DNA of 64,000 bases, taken from the NCBI GenBank assembly GCA_964658305.1, contig OZ210885.1, positions 10,788,001 to 10,852,000 on the forward strand. The letters are read 5' to 3'. This DNA is from Leptogorgia sarmentosa (lineage: Eukaryota). A program made the position numbers and the translations under genes. Under the pieces are notes generated by a model. That model saw nothing but the letters and a program-made list of their open reading frames with translations, had not been told where the DNA came from and searched no databases. Shown here one piece after another: positions 50,627 to 62,496 of the stretch; within the stretch, counting starts at the first letter, position 1; the number at the start of each line of letters is the position of its first letter.

Positions 50627-51709
50627 TAAGATTTGCTGTGAAAATGTCATCTTAAGTATCAGTTAAGAACGACCCACACTTGAGATAAATATAGCCATTG
50701 ATCGCTGATAACTTGGAATATGGTGAAATATCAAGTACCTACTGACCAAGCATGAGGTGTGCACGGTAAATATCAAAGCGAGGCCAATGTCAAGACATGA
50801 GGACCGAGGTTTGAAAGTTAACCGTGCAGACGAAACAATCGAAGTCAACGAAAATTCAACTGCCTATTTTCGTACGGAACTGGCACTCAATTTTTTGCAC
50901 TCTTTCTTTTCACGTAGATTATCTGTATTAAGAAAATTTGAAAAAATGCGAGAGGTTGGAACAGGCGGGATGCATTATATTTTGCCAAAGGTACGTGAAG
51001 AAAACTGAGCTAATCACATGTGCCAAATACTCTATAAAGGGTGTCAATCCTGTGGGGTCCCCGAATTTTTTGCTTGGGGGACGACTATATAACTGTCCCC
51101 CACTGTTTACCATTTCTCGTTTTCTTTTACTTGTGACAATAGTAGTTATAAAAGTTATACAGCAGCATAATACTTAATGTAAGCGATCTTTGATTCGTGC
51201 ACCTAAATGATCTTACCAAAGTGGTAGAGTTAAGGTTCTGAAATGGACGTTTCCGGCAATCTAGAGGTTTTAAATGTTCACCATTTTCTCATTTGGCACC
51301 AACGCCTTGGGAGAAGTTGGGTCCTTACAACAAGGTTGAAAATGTTCCTATACCCTTCCTCATGGAGTACTTGTAGGAACGTAGTGGTAGCAAGGATGCA
51401 GAAACGTTTTCAACTCCAAGAAAATCAAAACCCACACCCCAAGTTTGGGAATGTATTGTCGTCCTTGTATTCTACACATTGTGCCTATTGCGTAATAATT
51501 TCACTGCAACATTCAAACATTTTTCACTATCTCTACTTTTGAGATTCCCGAACTACCTGGAATGCTGGTTGTTTTGGTCAAAATAGTCATAGTCGAATAT
51601 TAGTCTACAGGGTGTCCCAAAAAATCCCAAAACCTTTGAAATTAGCGCATTGTTTGAATTTGAATTCGAATTTGAATTAGTGTCGCAGCACTAAGCTAAT
51701 AATCCCTAA

Positions 51710-51920
51710 GATCCCGTTTACACGGCACCGGATCAGCTTGGTCACGACATCAAATTTAATTGTTTGAAGACGAGTGTGGCTCTTAATTAAATCTATGGTA
51801 ATATTACAGAATTTAATATTAACAACTAACCATAGAATGTGTGGTAAGAGTAAAAATAACCTAAAACGCGACGAAATCATTGTCGTGACTACGTGAATCC
51901 AGTACCGTGTAAACGGGGTC
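51710..51920. mobile_element. Harbinger-like MITE
   Basis: GATCCCGTTTACACGGCACCGGAT / ATCCAGTACCGTGTAAACGGGGTC. Confidence 0.7.
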
Positions 51921-52240
51921 GAAGCTAAGCCAATTTTGCAAGCCATTATTTTAATCTATTCAAATTTTGATTTTAATCAATTCGGACGCACATTACAAGT
52001 ATATCTAATTACAATTTCTTAATTACTTTTTACGAATTTTTTCGAGTTTAAACTGAAAGAGCTTTCAAATTCCAACGATGCGTCAATTTCAATGGTTTTG
52101 GTTTTTTGAATCTTTATTTTACCTTATATATATTTTAGAGCAATTTGTCATAGCAAGAAATATTGATATTGCTACTCCACATATCCTTGTTTCCACGTTT
52201 AATATTCATTTCTGACAGTGTTGCAATTTCTCTTAAGTCT

Positions 52241-52566
52241 TCAACCTTTTGGTTGCAGTTGTTTTGAATGCGAGGACAACTTATTAAGACGAAGGAAGCA
52301 GACCCGACCTCCTGCCAGGCCAACACAAACCATTCCATTAGAGCCACATGCTATGGCGCGAACATCCCGGTCGAAATGAAACTCTTCAACATACTCTCCA
52401 TTTGGTAGCTTCCACAGTTTCAGCGTCTTATCACGTCTCGAGCATGACAAAAGTAATTCTCCTTCAGGCGCTAATGCCAACGCTATGATACGTTCGGCAT
52501 TTTGAATTGGAGATCTATGGAGAACCTTTCCAGTTCTGAAGTTCTCAATCACCAAAGAACCACCAC
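52241..52566 (-). CDS. WD40-repeat protein (NACHT/NWD-like C-terminus), terminal exon
   Basis: Acceptor TTTTAG|GT, phase 1; LLSCSRRDKTLKLWKL...VCVGLAGGRVCFLRL then stop. Confidence 0.7.
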
Positions 52567-53002
52567 CTAAAAGTGTGATTTAAAATTTTTAAATCTGTTG
52601 AGGCAATGTCACACAAGGCAATTTTTGCGATCAATTTTGGATTGATTAGCCATGTTTTATATTTATAGTGACTGTTACGAACGAAAGATTTTGATCGCAT
52701 TGCATACCCAATGTTCTTCTTTCCCGAGGCAATTTTGGTACAACGTGAGACGTATTTTAATTTGGATTTACAGCCATTTTATCGAACCGGTATTTCACGC
52801 GAATCAATTTTTGCCATCACTTGCGAGCTGATCTTGGATTGTTAGCCGTGTTATCTAACGGCCACGTTATACAGAATAATTATTTGCCAATATTTGTGAC
52901 GCAATTTTAGCTTCATAGTGATTTATGTTGCAGGTATGTTACTAAAAGGAATTTGTCGCAACTGGCAACTTAATTTCGAATACCGAGCCGCCTCTTCAAC
53001 AG

Positions 53003-53167
53003 TCGCTTTTATGCTTTTAATAGAAATTATTAATAGGTGCGGGCGTAAATTTAGGGATGCGCGGGTAGTTTTGACACTCCAACTTTCCCGCAGTATCAAA
53101 ACTGCCCGCGCATCTCAGAATTTGCGCCCGCAAACATTAGTATAATTTCTATTAAAAGCATAAAGCG
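53003..53167. repeat. Palindromic MITE-like hairpin
   Basis: ~75-bp arms with a 13-nt loop. Confidence 0.75.
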
Positions 53168-53390
53168 CGTGTGGAGCAGGTAGGGTCCGGAGGACGTCAC
53201 GTTATTTAAGTTGCTGTCTCAGAAATTGTTCACATAGACTGCTACACAACTCGTTTTCACAATTCTTTACATAACATACTAATTAGGAAATGTTAGCAGT
53301 GTAAACACGGACTTATCTGCACAAATTTCCAGCGAGTCTCATCTAAATAACATCGCTTTAAATCTGACATTTGGTAAGATGCAGCTAAAC

Positions 53391-53765
53391 TTTTCACATG
53401 TGAAATAAGGATTTCATATGTGATTGAATTGCACATATGAAAATTTCACATGTGATTTTAAGATTTCACACGTGATTTAATTTCACATATAACTTTTCAC
53501 ATGTGAAATATGGATTTCACATGTGATTGAATTTCACATATGAAAATTTCACATGTGAATTTAAGATTTCACATGTGATTTGATTTCACATATAACTTTT
53601 CACGTGTGAAATAAGGATTTCACACAAAATTTCATTTCACATGTGAAAATTGCCGATTTCACATGTGAAATTAGCGTTTCACATGTGAAATTAACTGAAT
53701 CACATGTGAAATAGACGTTTCACATGTGAAATTAGCATTTCACATGTAAAATATTATGTGAATTT
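53391..53765. repeat. Array of palindromic TTTCACATGTGAAA units
   Basis: About 18 variants. Confidence 0.9.
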
Positions 53766-53818
53766 CCGTAACGGATACACATTCGTTATATTTATATTAT
53801 TTATATGATCCCACTCAC

Positions 53819-54083
53819 CCAGGATTCAATGAAGCGCAAAATGATTTTGAGGTATTGAAATGAGTAACGTTCATGAAACGAAACAACCAAAGTTAGGACA
53901 CTTTTAGCACAAATCACCAAGAAAGATATATTTTACAAAAATTGATGCCCAACAACATTTTGCCAGTTTGATATTTCAGCAGAACAAAATCTTAGGCAAC
54001 CAACAGTTTAGCATTTTTTCAAATCATAAATTATGACTCATTTCAATACCTCAAAATCATTTGACGCTTCATTGAATCCCGGT
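53819..54083. mobile_element. MITE with ~48-bp TIRs
   Basis: CCAGGATTCAATGAAGCG.AAATGATTTTGAGGTATTGAAATGAGT and its reverse complement. Confidence 0.75.
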
Positions 54084-54493
54084 TAAGAGGGATCGTATAA
54101 ACAGGCCCTTAAAGTGCAAGCTTGACTTTGCGTGCTGTACGTCACATGTAGGCTCTATGTTGATCACATTTAAAGTGTGCCGCGCTGTAATCTTAGAGGT
54201 CACTGATATAATGAATGGCCTCAAGTCTCGCCCGGCGACGCCTTGCATCACAAATAAATAATTTAATAACACAACATTGGTACGACCCTTTATTACGCGT
54301 TTGGTGGAGTATCGTGGGCGTTGTAGTTCATGACAACAATTCTATTTTTGCAGCATGTGCGCATGCTAATGTTTTTCTTCTAGTTTTCCAATGTTATTCA
54401 CTGGAACCCTTCAGCTAATACTCGATGAATTACGCGAGCACACCTTGTGCAATTGAGATTACAAAATAAAATAATAACAGTTAAATTATTTAC

Positions 54494-54743
54494 CTAATAT
54501 AGCCACAAGGTTGCCAGAATTGTTAATCCTTAAAACTTTCTCAGTTTTAAAAAGATTGCTGCTTTGTTTCTCGTCGTCGTTCAAGTTCCACTTTGTGACT
54601 ATCTTTCCAGCTATACCATCAATATATTTGTACGGATGAACACAAAAAAGGGAGTTCTGGACCACTCGCATTGTTTCAATTCTCTCCATTATAAACACAT
54701 CTTCGTAACTATGCACGACTCCGTTTGCATTTATCCGATCAAT
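54494..54743 (-). CDS. WD40-repeat protein, internal exon
   Basis: CAG|ATT ... G|GTAAAT; phase 0 in and phase 1 out, compatible with flanking exons; additional exons not excluded. Confidence 0.55.
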
Positions 54744-56337
54744 CTGTGAAAATAATCAAACCACTGCTCAATATAACGTCTGTTCCATAGACAAACTACA
54801 ATTCAGTGGAATATCTGTATATTTCGAAAAGTTGACGTCTTATATGTCGTAAAGCAAACTACAAGCTCTTTTATACTTATCTATGGTTGTCATGGGATCC
54901 TTCATGCAGCGCCGGATTAACCCGTCATTGGGCCGGGGACAAACAAAGGCCTACTTTGGGGGCCAATGTCGCCTAATGTCGCCTAATGTCGCCCATTGTC
55001 ACCCAATGCCGCCTATTAGCGCACATCATTGCCCAATAAGGCAATGCCTAACATTTAATAATTAGGCTATATATTAAAAAGTTAGCATTTTCTCCCTGTT
55101 GAGACTACCTGGCACTTAGCCCATTGAAAACATGGCCTTTTATTCCTTCAAACAACTGGGTCAATGCAAAGAATAGTATAGATCTGTTTTTTTTTGTGCA
55201 GCAGAAACACTAGAACATAGCTGAACTTATAGCTGTAATAGCCCTCCTTACCGGGGCCTGGGGTCATTCATTAGAACCTAATTCCGTCAACGTCAATATA
55301 TTGATGAAATGGAAAAAATATCAAAACTCTATTCATTCTCATATACTATCCACAAAGTATACCTACATATTACTATTTTGAACAGTTTTGGACTTGAAAG
55401 TGAAATGCTCTTTCAAATACCCTTACGAAAATGTTCTATAGAATCCTATAGAATATGTTATTGAATATTTATCTCTTATAGAATATTCTAAAGAATGTTC
55501 ATATCCTATAGAATATTCTTTTGCTATATTCTATAGGATTTGAGATCGTATAGAATATGTCATTGCACATTCATATGAAATATCCTATTACATGTTGTAT
55601 TACATGTTCTATACAATATGTTTGATAACATGGTATGGGATATTCTATCGAATATCTCACTGAATGTTAACTTTTTCATGAAATTTATTCAATATTATTT
55701 ATTTTTACTGTTTTTCCGCATCATTTTAATTAATACATAAGCCGATTGGTACCATAAATATCCACGTACTTGAATTAGTGACTTGTCTTATTAATTGGCA
55801 GAATTGGCACTATATAGATCATGATAGAAAGAACAGACTGGCTCTGTATATGCCCTGTTTTATACGTGGAATAAGTACATTGGTATATGAATTAATAGCT
55901 CGAAAAATACATTGGCGTAGCGAGTTACAGTTCGAAGTTAGTATATTTCGTTCAATTCGTTGTAAATGGCACTAAATGCCATGTGAATTATACTCAATGC
56001 TGTCAGAAATCAATCCTTTATTAAGGGCCAATTTATTATCATAGTAATAAATTGGGATTAATAAGAAGCAAATTCTTTCACATACGTAAAAGACATAAAG
56101 TATAGACAGCTTAAAAGAAATAAGTATCTTAGGAAGTTGTTAATCTCTAAGCCTTCGTGGCAACTAATTTTGTCACTGATTGGGTTTCGGTTAAGCCGTC
56201 ATTCCTGAGTTTGTTTAACGGATATAAATAGCTATCAAAGCCTCCGTAGTCCATACTGGTCTTAACTGCCATTCGGTAGACACATTGGAAAATTGAAAAA
56301 ACTTTTTGAAAATTGAAAATACTAAACCTAAAGCAGA

Positions 56338-57405
56338 ATGCCTCGCATCCGACGCTCTAAGTCAACCGCCTCTCGTCGTACTACACAGTCGACGTCGTCT
56401 GATCTAACCCAGCTAACCACTGAAGTCCTTCGCCTTCGCTGCGACCAACAAAAACTCTCCGCCACTGGATCTCGCCAAACACTCCTTGCTCGTCTTCGTG
56501 CTCACCCACCCCAAGTTGCTGATGCTGATCTACCTCACTCCGACCCTGAACAACCTGGATCAGCCACCGATCGTCCAACTACGCCACCAACCGAAGCGGA
56601 ACGACAACCCAACGGATTTACGGCTGAACAATACGAAACGTTGCAATCCTTGATCTCCTCATCCATTCGCGACGCCACGGTTCAACAATCCACCAGTACC
56701 GCTGTCTCACCAGAACTGGTCTCACCATCGTTCCCGCCACACTTGCCAACCAAAACCCTCTCGTCAATTCGCAATGGTGAGTACATTGACTTCAATTCTT
56801 TACTGCCCGATAACATTGATGGTCACGACGAGCATTTGAAGATATCGTTTGATGCCCTTGGGTCGGGGTTTTCTATCCCCGTTTCTATGTCTCAACACAA
56901 ACGCCAACGAATCGATTCAATAGAACGCTGGCTCAATGCCTTCAACATTTTTGCACGCGTTGTTGTCCATTTTTTCCCGTACAAGGCGTCTGAACTTTTC
57001 GTCTACCAACAAGCTATTCGTGATGCGCACCGAAAATTTTCCGGCATGGCCTGGTATGCTTACGACATCGCCTTCCGCAAAAAGGCAGCGAACGATGTTT
57101 CAGTTTCTTGGGCTCACCGTGATCCTCAACTGTACCTCGAAAAATTTACCGGGCTCGCAAAGACGGCGTGCCATGTCTGTGGTAGCGCCGACCACTTCGT
57201 TAACGCATGTCCTATTGCCCCTACCAGATCCACACAACGACCCGCAGACGATCGTTGTCGCAACTACAACCGCAAGGTCCCCTGCGTCACTACTCCCTGT
57301 CCCTTCAAACATCGCTGTAACCGACCAGGCTGCGCTGGCCACCATTCAGCACTCGACCACGATGCAAGAGCTGCGGAGCCGAGCAGTACCAAACGAGACC
57401 GTTAA
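56338..57405 (+). CDS. Ngaro gag-like ORF1 (SAP-like N-terminus, CCHC knuckle, CCCH/CxxCxxxH C-terminus)
   Basis: IRNGEYIDFNSLL, WYAYDIAFR, CHVCGSADHFVNAC, CRNYN..C..CPFKHRC. Confidence 0.9.
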   Translation: MPRIRRSKSTASRRTTQSTSSDLTQLTTEVLRLRCDQQKLSATGSRQTLLARLRAHPPQVADADLPHSDPEQPGSATDRPTTPPTEAERQPNGFTAEQYETLQSLISSSIRDATVQQSTSTAVSPELVSPSFPPHLPTKTLSSIRNGEYIDFNSLLPDNIDGHDEHLKISFDALGSGFSIPVSMSQHKRQRIDSIERWLNAFNIFARVVVHFFPYKASELFVYQQAIRDAHRKFSGMAWYAYDIAFRKKAANDVSVSWAHRDPQLYLEKFTGLAKTACHVCGSADHFVNACPIAPTRSTQRPADDRCRNYNRKVPCVTTPCPFKHRCNRPGCAGHHSALDHDARAAEPSSTKRDR

Positions 57406-59017
57406 GTCCTACCTCCACAACCTTCATCCCATCACACCAGTTAATGTAACCTACTTGCAACATGAATTAAAAAATCATCCTAACGCCTTATTTGTGTCTA
57501 ATTTGGTCCAAGGATTCCGGGCCGGTTTTTCTATTGGTTTTGAGGGGCCCCGAGCGCCACGTTTTTCACGCAACCTGAAGTCTGCGGACGACCACCCCGA
57601 TCTAGTCACAAAAAACTTGCTACATGAAGTTAGGTTAGGCCGCACCGCCGGGCCGTTCCTTTCCCCGCCTTTCCCCAATTTCCAAATTTATCCAATCGGC
57701 GTAGTACCCAAAAAGTATTCGTCTGACTGGCGAACAATTTTTCACCTATCGCATCCAAAAACATCCGGCAACAGCGTTAACGATTACATTTCCAGAGAAA
57801 ACTACTCTCTTCAATACGTAAAAATCGATGATGCGATTAATCTGATTATCCAGCTTGGCCGCGGCTCTTTTATGGCGAAAACGGACATTTGTTCTGCTTT
57901 CCGTAATGTTCCTGTTCATCCTAACGACTGGGAATTATTAGGCATGCATTGGCAGGGCCTATATTTTTTCGATAAAGTATTACCATTTGGCCTTCGTAGC
58001 GCGCCTTTCATTTTTAATCAGCTTTCCGATGCCCTCGAATGGATCGCAAAAACCAATTACGGCATTAAACATGTTTTACATATTTTAGATGATTTTTTCC
58101 TGATTGAACCGCCTCCTAGGTCAAACTGCATGACATCCTTATGCAAATTGCTTACACTTATGACGAATCTTAACATTCCTATCGCGAACAAAATGACCTA
58201 TCCGGCGTCTACCGAATTAGAATTCCTTGGGGTACTCTTAGACTCGGAAAAGATGATCGCCTGCTTGCCCGCGGATAAACTAACGCGAGCAAAACAGTCA
58301 TTATTAGTGTGGCTTTCCAAAAAATCGTGCACTCTAAAAGAGCTTCAGTCCTTAATCGGCACGCTCCAATTTGCATGCCGCGTCGTTGTGCCCGGTCGCG
58401 CTTTTCTCCAACGCATGATAAATCTTACGCGCGGCGTTACAAAACCACACCACCACGTAAAGCTAAATTCATCCTTTCGCAAGGACGTCGCCATGTGGCT
58501 CGTTTTCCTGCAGCAATGGAATGGCTCCAATATTTTTCTCGATATTTCGCCCACAAATTCACTCGAACTCGAGTTTTCCACCGACGCATCGGGCTCGTTA
58601 GGCTATGGCGCGTTTTTCAACGATCTCTGGTTTCAGGGCAAGTGGTCAAAACAGTTTCATGCGCACAAGGAACAGCAGAGCATAGCATGGAAAGAGCTTT
58701 TTCCCGTTTATCTTGCCTGCTCAGTTTGGGGCCACCTATGGTCCGGCAAACGCATTATACTCTGGTGCGACAATGTCTCTGTCACTCAGATTCTCAATTC
58801 AAAATCTTCGAAAATCAACAAAATAATGGACCTAGTTAGAAAAATTACCGTTCAAACACTCATTCACAATTTCACACTGAATGCCAAGCATGTTCCCGGC
58901 TTAGACAACTCAATCGCTGACGCATTATCACGGTTTCAGACACACCGATTCCATCAACTAGCTCCCGCTGCCTACCCACACCCTACCGTCATCCCCGAAT
59001 CCTTGATTCAGGTCTAA
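56936..59017 (+). CDS. Ngaro reverse transcriptase / RNase H (overlaps gag; real start or frameshift site uncertain)
   Basis: PIGVVPKK, KTDI.SAFR, LPFGLRSAP, ILDDF, TDASG, WKEL, CDN, ADALSR; uninterrupted. Confidence 0.93.
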   Translation: MPSTFLHALLSIFSRTRRLNFSSTNKLFVMRTENFPAWPGMLTTSPSAKRQRTMFQFLGLTVILNCTSKNLPGSQRRRAMSVVAPTTSLTHVLLPLPDPHNDPQTIVVATTTARSPASLLPVPSNIAVTDQAALATIQHSTTMQELRSRAVPNETVKSYLHNLHPITPVNVTYLQHELKNHPNALFVSNLVQGFRAGFSIGFEGPRAPRFSRNLKSADDHPDLVTKNLLHEVRLGRTAGPFLSPPFPNFQIYPIGVVPKKYSSDWRTIFHLSHPKTSGNSVNDYISRENYSLQYVKIDDAINLIIQLGRGSFMAKTDICSAFRNVPVHPNDWELLGMHWQGLYFFDKVLPFGLRSAPFIFNQLSDALEWIAKTNYGIKHVLHILDDFFLIEPPPRSNCMTSLCKLLTLMTNLNIPIANKMTYPASTELEFLGVLLDSEKMIACLPADKLTRAKQSLLVWLSKKSCTLKELQSLIGTLQFACRVVVPGRAFLQRMINLTRGVTKPHHHVKLNSSFRKDVAMWLVFLQQWNGSNIFLDISPTNSLELEFSTDASGSLGYGAFFNDLWFQGKWSKQFHAHKEQQSIAWKELFPVYLACSVWGHLWSGKRIILWCDNVSVTQILNSKSSKINKIMDLVRKITVQTLIHNFTLNAKHVPGLDNSIADALSRFQTHRFHQLAPAAYPHPTVIPESLIQV

Positions 59018-59994
59018 CTCAAAAAGTCAACACACTGCTCGGCCAAGCCATTTCCTCTTCCACGCGAACTACATATTCCTCTGGGGTCCGCCAATACTTT
59101 GACTTTTGTTTTGCTCACAACCTTGCCTCACCCAGCAACCCTGTTCCACCTCCTACAGAAGAAAATTTGGTGTATTTTGTTGCGTCGCTCCACGGTAAAG
59201 TCAAGTACCAAACAGTCAAGCTGTACCTCGCTGCAATTTCCAACTTCTATGTGGAGCACAACCAACCTTTCCGCTCCACTACCATGCTCCAACTCCACCG
59301 CATCTTAAAGGGAATCAAGCGGACTTCCAATCCTCAAAAACGGCCTCGTCACCCCATCACCATACACCTTCTGTCACAGATTTCAACACTACTGCGTCCC
59401 ACGTTTTCCGAGGACCTCGATACTGTCATGCTCTGGGCAGCCTTCACATTGGCTTTCTTCGGATTCCTGCGCGTCAGCGAGTTTACCTACTCCAGTGCAA
59501 AGACCTTCCTCGCTGTTCACGACATCACATTCGTCCCTAACATCACCACTCCAACCTCCATCCAAGTTCGCATCAAACAATCAAAGACCGATCCATTCCG
59601 CCACGGAACTACGCTCGTTATCGCTCGGAGCCACTCGTCTGTATGCGCCGTCACAGCCTTACGCGAATATCTACTGCAACGAAGCCCAGCTAATCCCGAC
59701 GAACCACTGTTTCTGCTCCAAACCAAGGAACCCCTTACGCGAACTATACTTAACGCTAATCTCAGAGCACTCTTAAAAATGTTAGGTTATAACGAGACAG
59801 AGTACGCCCCGCATAGTTTTAGAATAGGCGCAGCTACTACAGCTGCTGCTGCAAATCTACCGCCTTGGCTCATAAAAACTCTCGGTAGATGGCGCTCGGA
59901 CTGTTATGAACTATACATCCGTACACCACGAACAATCATTCAGTCAGTCCCCCAGCAATTAGCTGCTGTACTTAGTCCAAAAGCCATATTGTAA
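58921..59994 (+). CDS. Ngaro tyrosine recombinase (open frame from 58921, no leading ATG, overlaps RNase H)
   Basis: STRTTYSSG, FFGFLRVSEF, SKTDPF, HSFRIGAAT, GRWRSDCYELY. Confidence 0.93.
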   Translation, partial: RIITVSDTPIPSTSSRCLPTPYRHPRILDSGLTQKVNTLLGQAISSSTRTTYSSGVRQYFDFCFAHNLASPSNPVPPPTEENLVYFVASLHGKVKYQTVKLYLAAISNFYVEHNQPFRSTTMLQLHRILKGIKRTSNPQKRPRHPITIHLLSQISTLLRPTFSEDLDTVMLWAAFTLAFFGFLRVSEFTYSSAKTFLAVHDITFVPNITTPTSIQVRIKQSKTDPFRHGTTLVIARSHSSVCAVTALREYLLQRSPANPDEPLFLLQTKEPLTRTILNANLRALLKMLGYNETEYAPHSFRIGAATTAAAANLPPWLIKTLGRWRSDCYELYIRTPRTIIQSVPQQLAAVLSPKAIL

Positions 59995-62388
59995 ATATTA
60001 GCCATATCAACAGTAACCATGTACTGCCCAATCACTGTGTTTACTTCCATAAAAAACTGCTAGCTTCCCGTGGGGGATCTACACTTCGTTTGATCAGTGG
60101 CGGAAAGTGGTGTCCACACGGCCACACTTCACCCACGGTGAAGCTCACACCGGCAAAGGAGAGGAAGGTCCATAACAGTGGGGGCCCTTACCCTCGCTCT
60201 GATCTTTGCATCTCCCGGTCACTTCACCAGGGGGAAGCCCGGCTTGGACATGAGATTCAACGTCCACAACGGTGAGGGCCCTTACCCTCACCCTGATGTT
60301 GTTTTCTCCAGCTTCTCCAGGGGCCCTTACTCCCAGAAACCGCACTTTCCGTCACCCACAAATCGCCAAAAACGAATTGCGTGTTTTATTAAGGGCCAAT
60401 TTATTATCATAGTAATAAATTGGGATTAATAAGAAGCAAATTCTTTCACATACGTAAAAGACATAAAGTATAGACAGCTTAAAAGAAATAAGTATCTTAG
60501 GAAGTTGTTAATCTCTAAGCCTTCGTGGCAACTAATTTTGTCACTGATTGGGTTTCGGTTAAGCCGTCATTCCTGAGTTTGTTTAACGGATATAAATAGC
60601 TATCAAAGCCTCCGTAGTCCATACTGGTCTTAACTGCCATTCGGTAGACACATTGGAAAATTGAAAAACCCACCCACCCACCCAGAAGAAACACACAACA
60701 AGAAAGAAGACAGAGACAACCAACCAGCATAGCTTGTTCCACCATGTCTAACTTTATCTCCCATGAAGACGCAGTGACACCCATATTTAACTTTACTACA
60801 CTTGTACATATGTAGTCTAGCTATTTGAAAGGAAATAAAAGAACATTGGGGCGGAAAGTGGTGTCCACACGGCCACACTTCACCCACGGTGAAGCTCACA
60901 CCGGCAAAGGAGAGGAAGGTCCATAACAGTGGGGGCCCTTACCCTCGCTCTGATCTTTGCATCTCCCGGTCACTTCACCAGGGGGAAGCCCGGCTTGGAC
61001 ATGAGATTCAACGTCCACAACGGTGAGGGCCCTTACCCTCACCCTGATGTTGTTTTCTCCAGCTTCTCCGGGGGCCCTTACTCCCAGAAACCGCACTTTC
61101 CGTCACCCACAAATCGCCAAAAACGAATTGCGTGTTTTATTAATTGAGATCAGTTGCCATGTTTTACCATATTCGGAGAGACCATGATAATTCTTGAGTA
61201 ATTTAGGACTCTAGAATTTCCTGTCTTTCAACTGACCAATTTTTAATCAAAATTTGTTTTTTCGAAACCAACAGTAACTGAAATTTTTTATACATTGTTT
61301 TTCTTGGGCCGGTAAACAAGCTTTTGAGCTGGGGCCGGGGGCAAATGCCCCCATTGCCCCCTAGATAATCCGGCACAGCCTTGATGGATCACTCTAATTA
61401 CTATATTTTTTTGTTCTTTTCATAATTATTATAATTAGTCCTATTATACCTATAAACAAAATGCTATTAATATTCTATTCTATTCTGTTCTTAACAACGT
61501 CTTTCCATTAAATATTTTCCCCACAAAATGATATGAACGCCAATCCAGTTATAAAAGCTTATAATTACGTATTTTAAATTCGAGAATTCCTTTCGAACTA
61601 TTTTCTATTATTCTTGCTTGGTTACGTCAAACAGCTCATAAAGTAGCAAAATGAACAAAAAATCAGCCGTCAGAATCGAAGTTCTTGAATTTATAATATG
61701 TATTTAAAATGAATGAAGGCAAGAGGTGAATCGTGGAGGGGGATGACACAAGCATCGAGAGGGAGGGGGATGACACAAGTCACCAACTGTTTTGGCTGAA
61801 AGGATGAATATTGTGTCGTCCCCTAACGTTTTAACAGACAATTCACCGAGGATTTGCATTTATCAAGTATAATGTACTTTATGTGCAGGAAACATTGTGT
61901 GTAAATCTAATTGAACTCTTGCGTTTAGCAATTACAATGCATCTATATTTCAGCAGTCACGTTCACTAAATTACATTAAATTACTGCAATACGTGTGGAA
62001 AATGATTAATAAATGAACATGAAGGTTAATTCTATTCAAATTGCTGTTTTTGCGTTACGCACATGGTTACGCACATGGTTGAACAATTAAACAGATTTAT
62101 TTAATTGATGTAATTCGCCTTATAATCAATGTCACATGATCAAATACATGTGGGATGTGGACTCTGACAATACTAAATCATTATTGAATGATTTGAGGCA
62201 TTTTAGATTGCCTAGCTACGTTCTTATCCATACGAATAACTGCAAACAATGATGAGCAATAGTATAACGTTAAAATTGCGATAGCGAGTAGCAAAACATG
62301 TGAATTTTCGTTCAAGAAAATGTCTTCTGAGACGCGTTTTTAAATTATTTTTCGCAATATTTTCATGTTTGATCGCTGATTCTACTAA

Positions 62389-62496
62389 AACAATTAAATC
62401 CACTCGCTCTCGATTTCTACGATATGATAGTTGATTCGGGCTTCGCCCTCATCAACTATCACCTCATAGAAATCTCGAGCTCGTAATCTAATTGTT
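62389..62496. mobile_element. Crypton-type terminal hairpin remnant
   Basis: Imperfect palindrome with CTCG/CTCG mismatches and a GGC-TTC-GCC apex. Confidence 0.6.

Larger units (their letters stand above)
56017..61143 (+). mobile_element. Ngaro (DIRS-order) YR retrotransposon with split direct repeats A1(56017-56300), B1(60099-60392), A2(60385-60668), B2(60850-61143)
   Basis: A1-gag-RT/RH-YR-B1-A2-B2 layout; TTTATTAA at both ends and at the B1/A2 junction. Confidence 0.95.
54907..61378. mobile_element. hAT MITE (family of 48856-49599) expanded by the nested Ngaro element
   Basis: Same termini; target duplication CCTTCATG / CCTTGATG. Confidence 0.8.

Noticed and set aside
53003..53167. A fifth Crypton-type hairpin
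   Set aside because: It lacks GA/GA tandems and a GNA loop, so I treated it as an ordinary palindromic MITE.
53391..53765. Palindromic repeat array as CRISPR
   Set aside because: Spacers are very short and repetitive; satellite or MITE-like.
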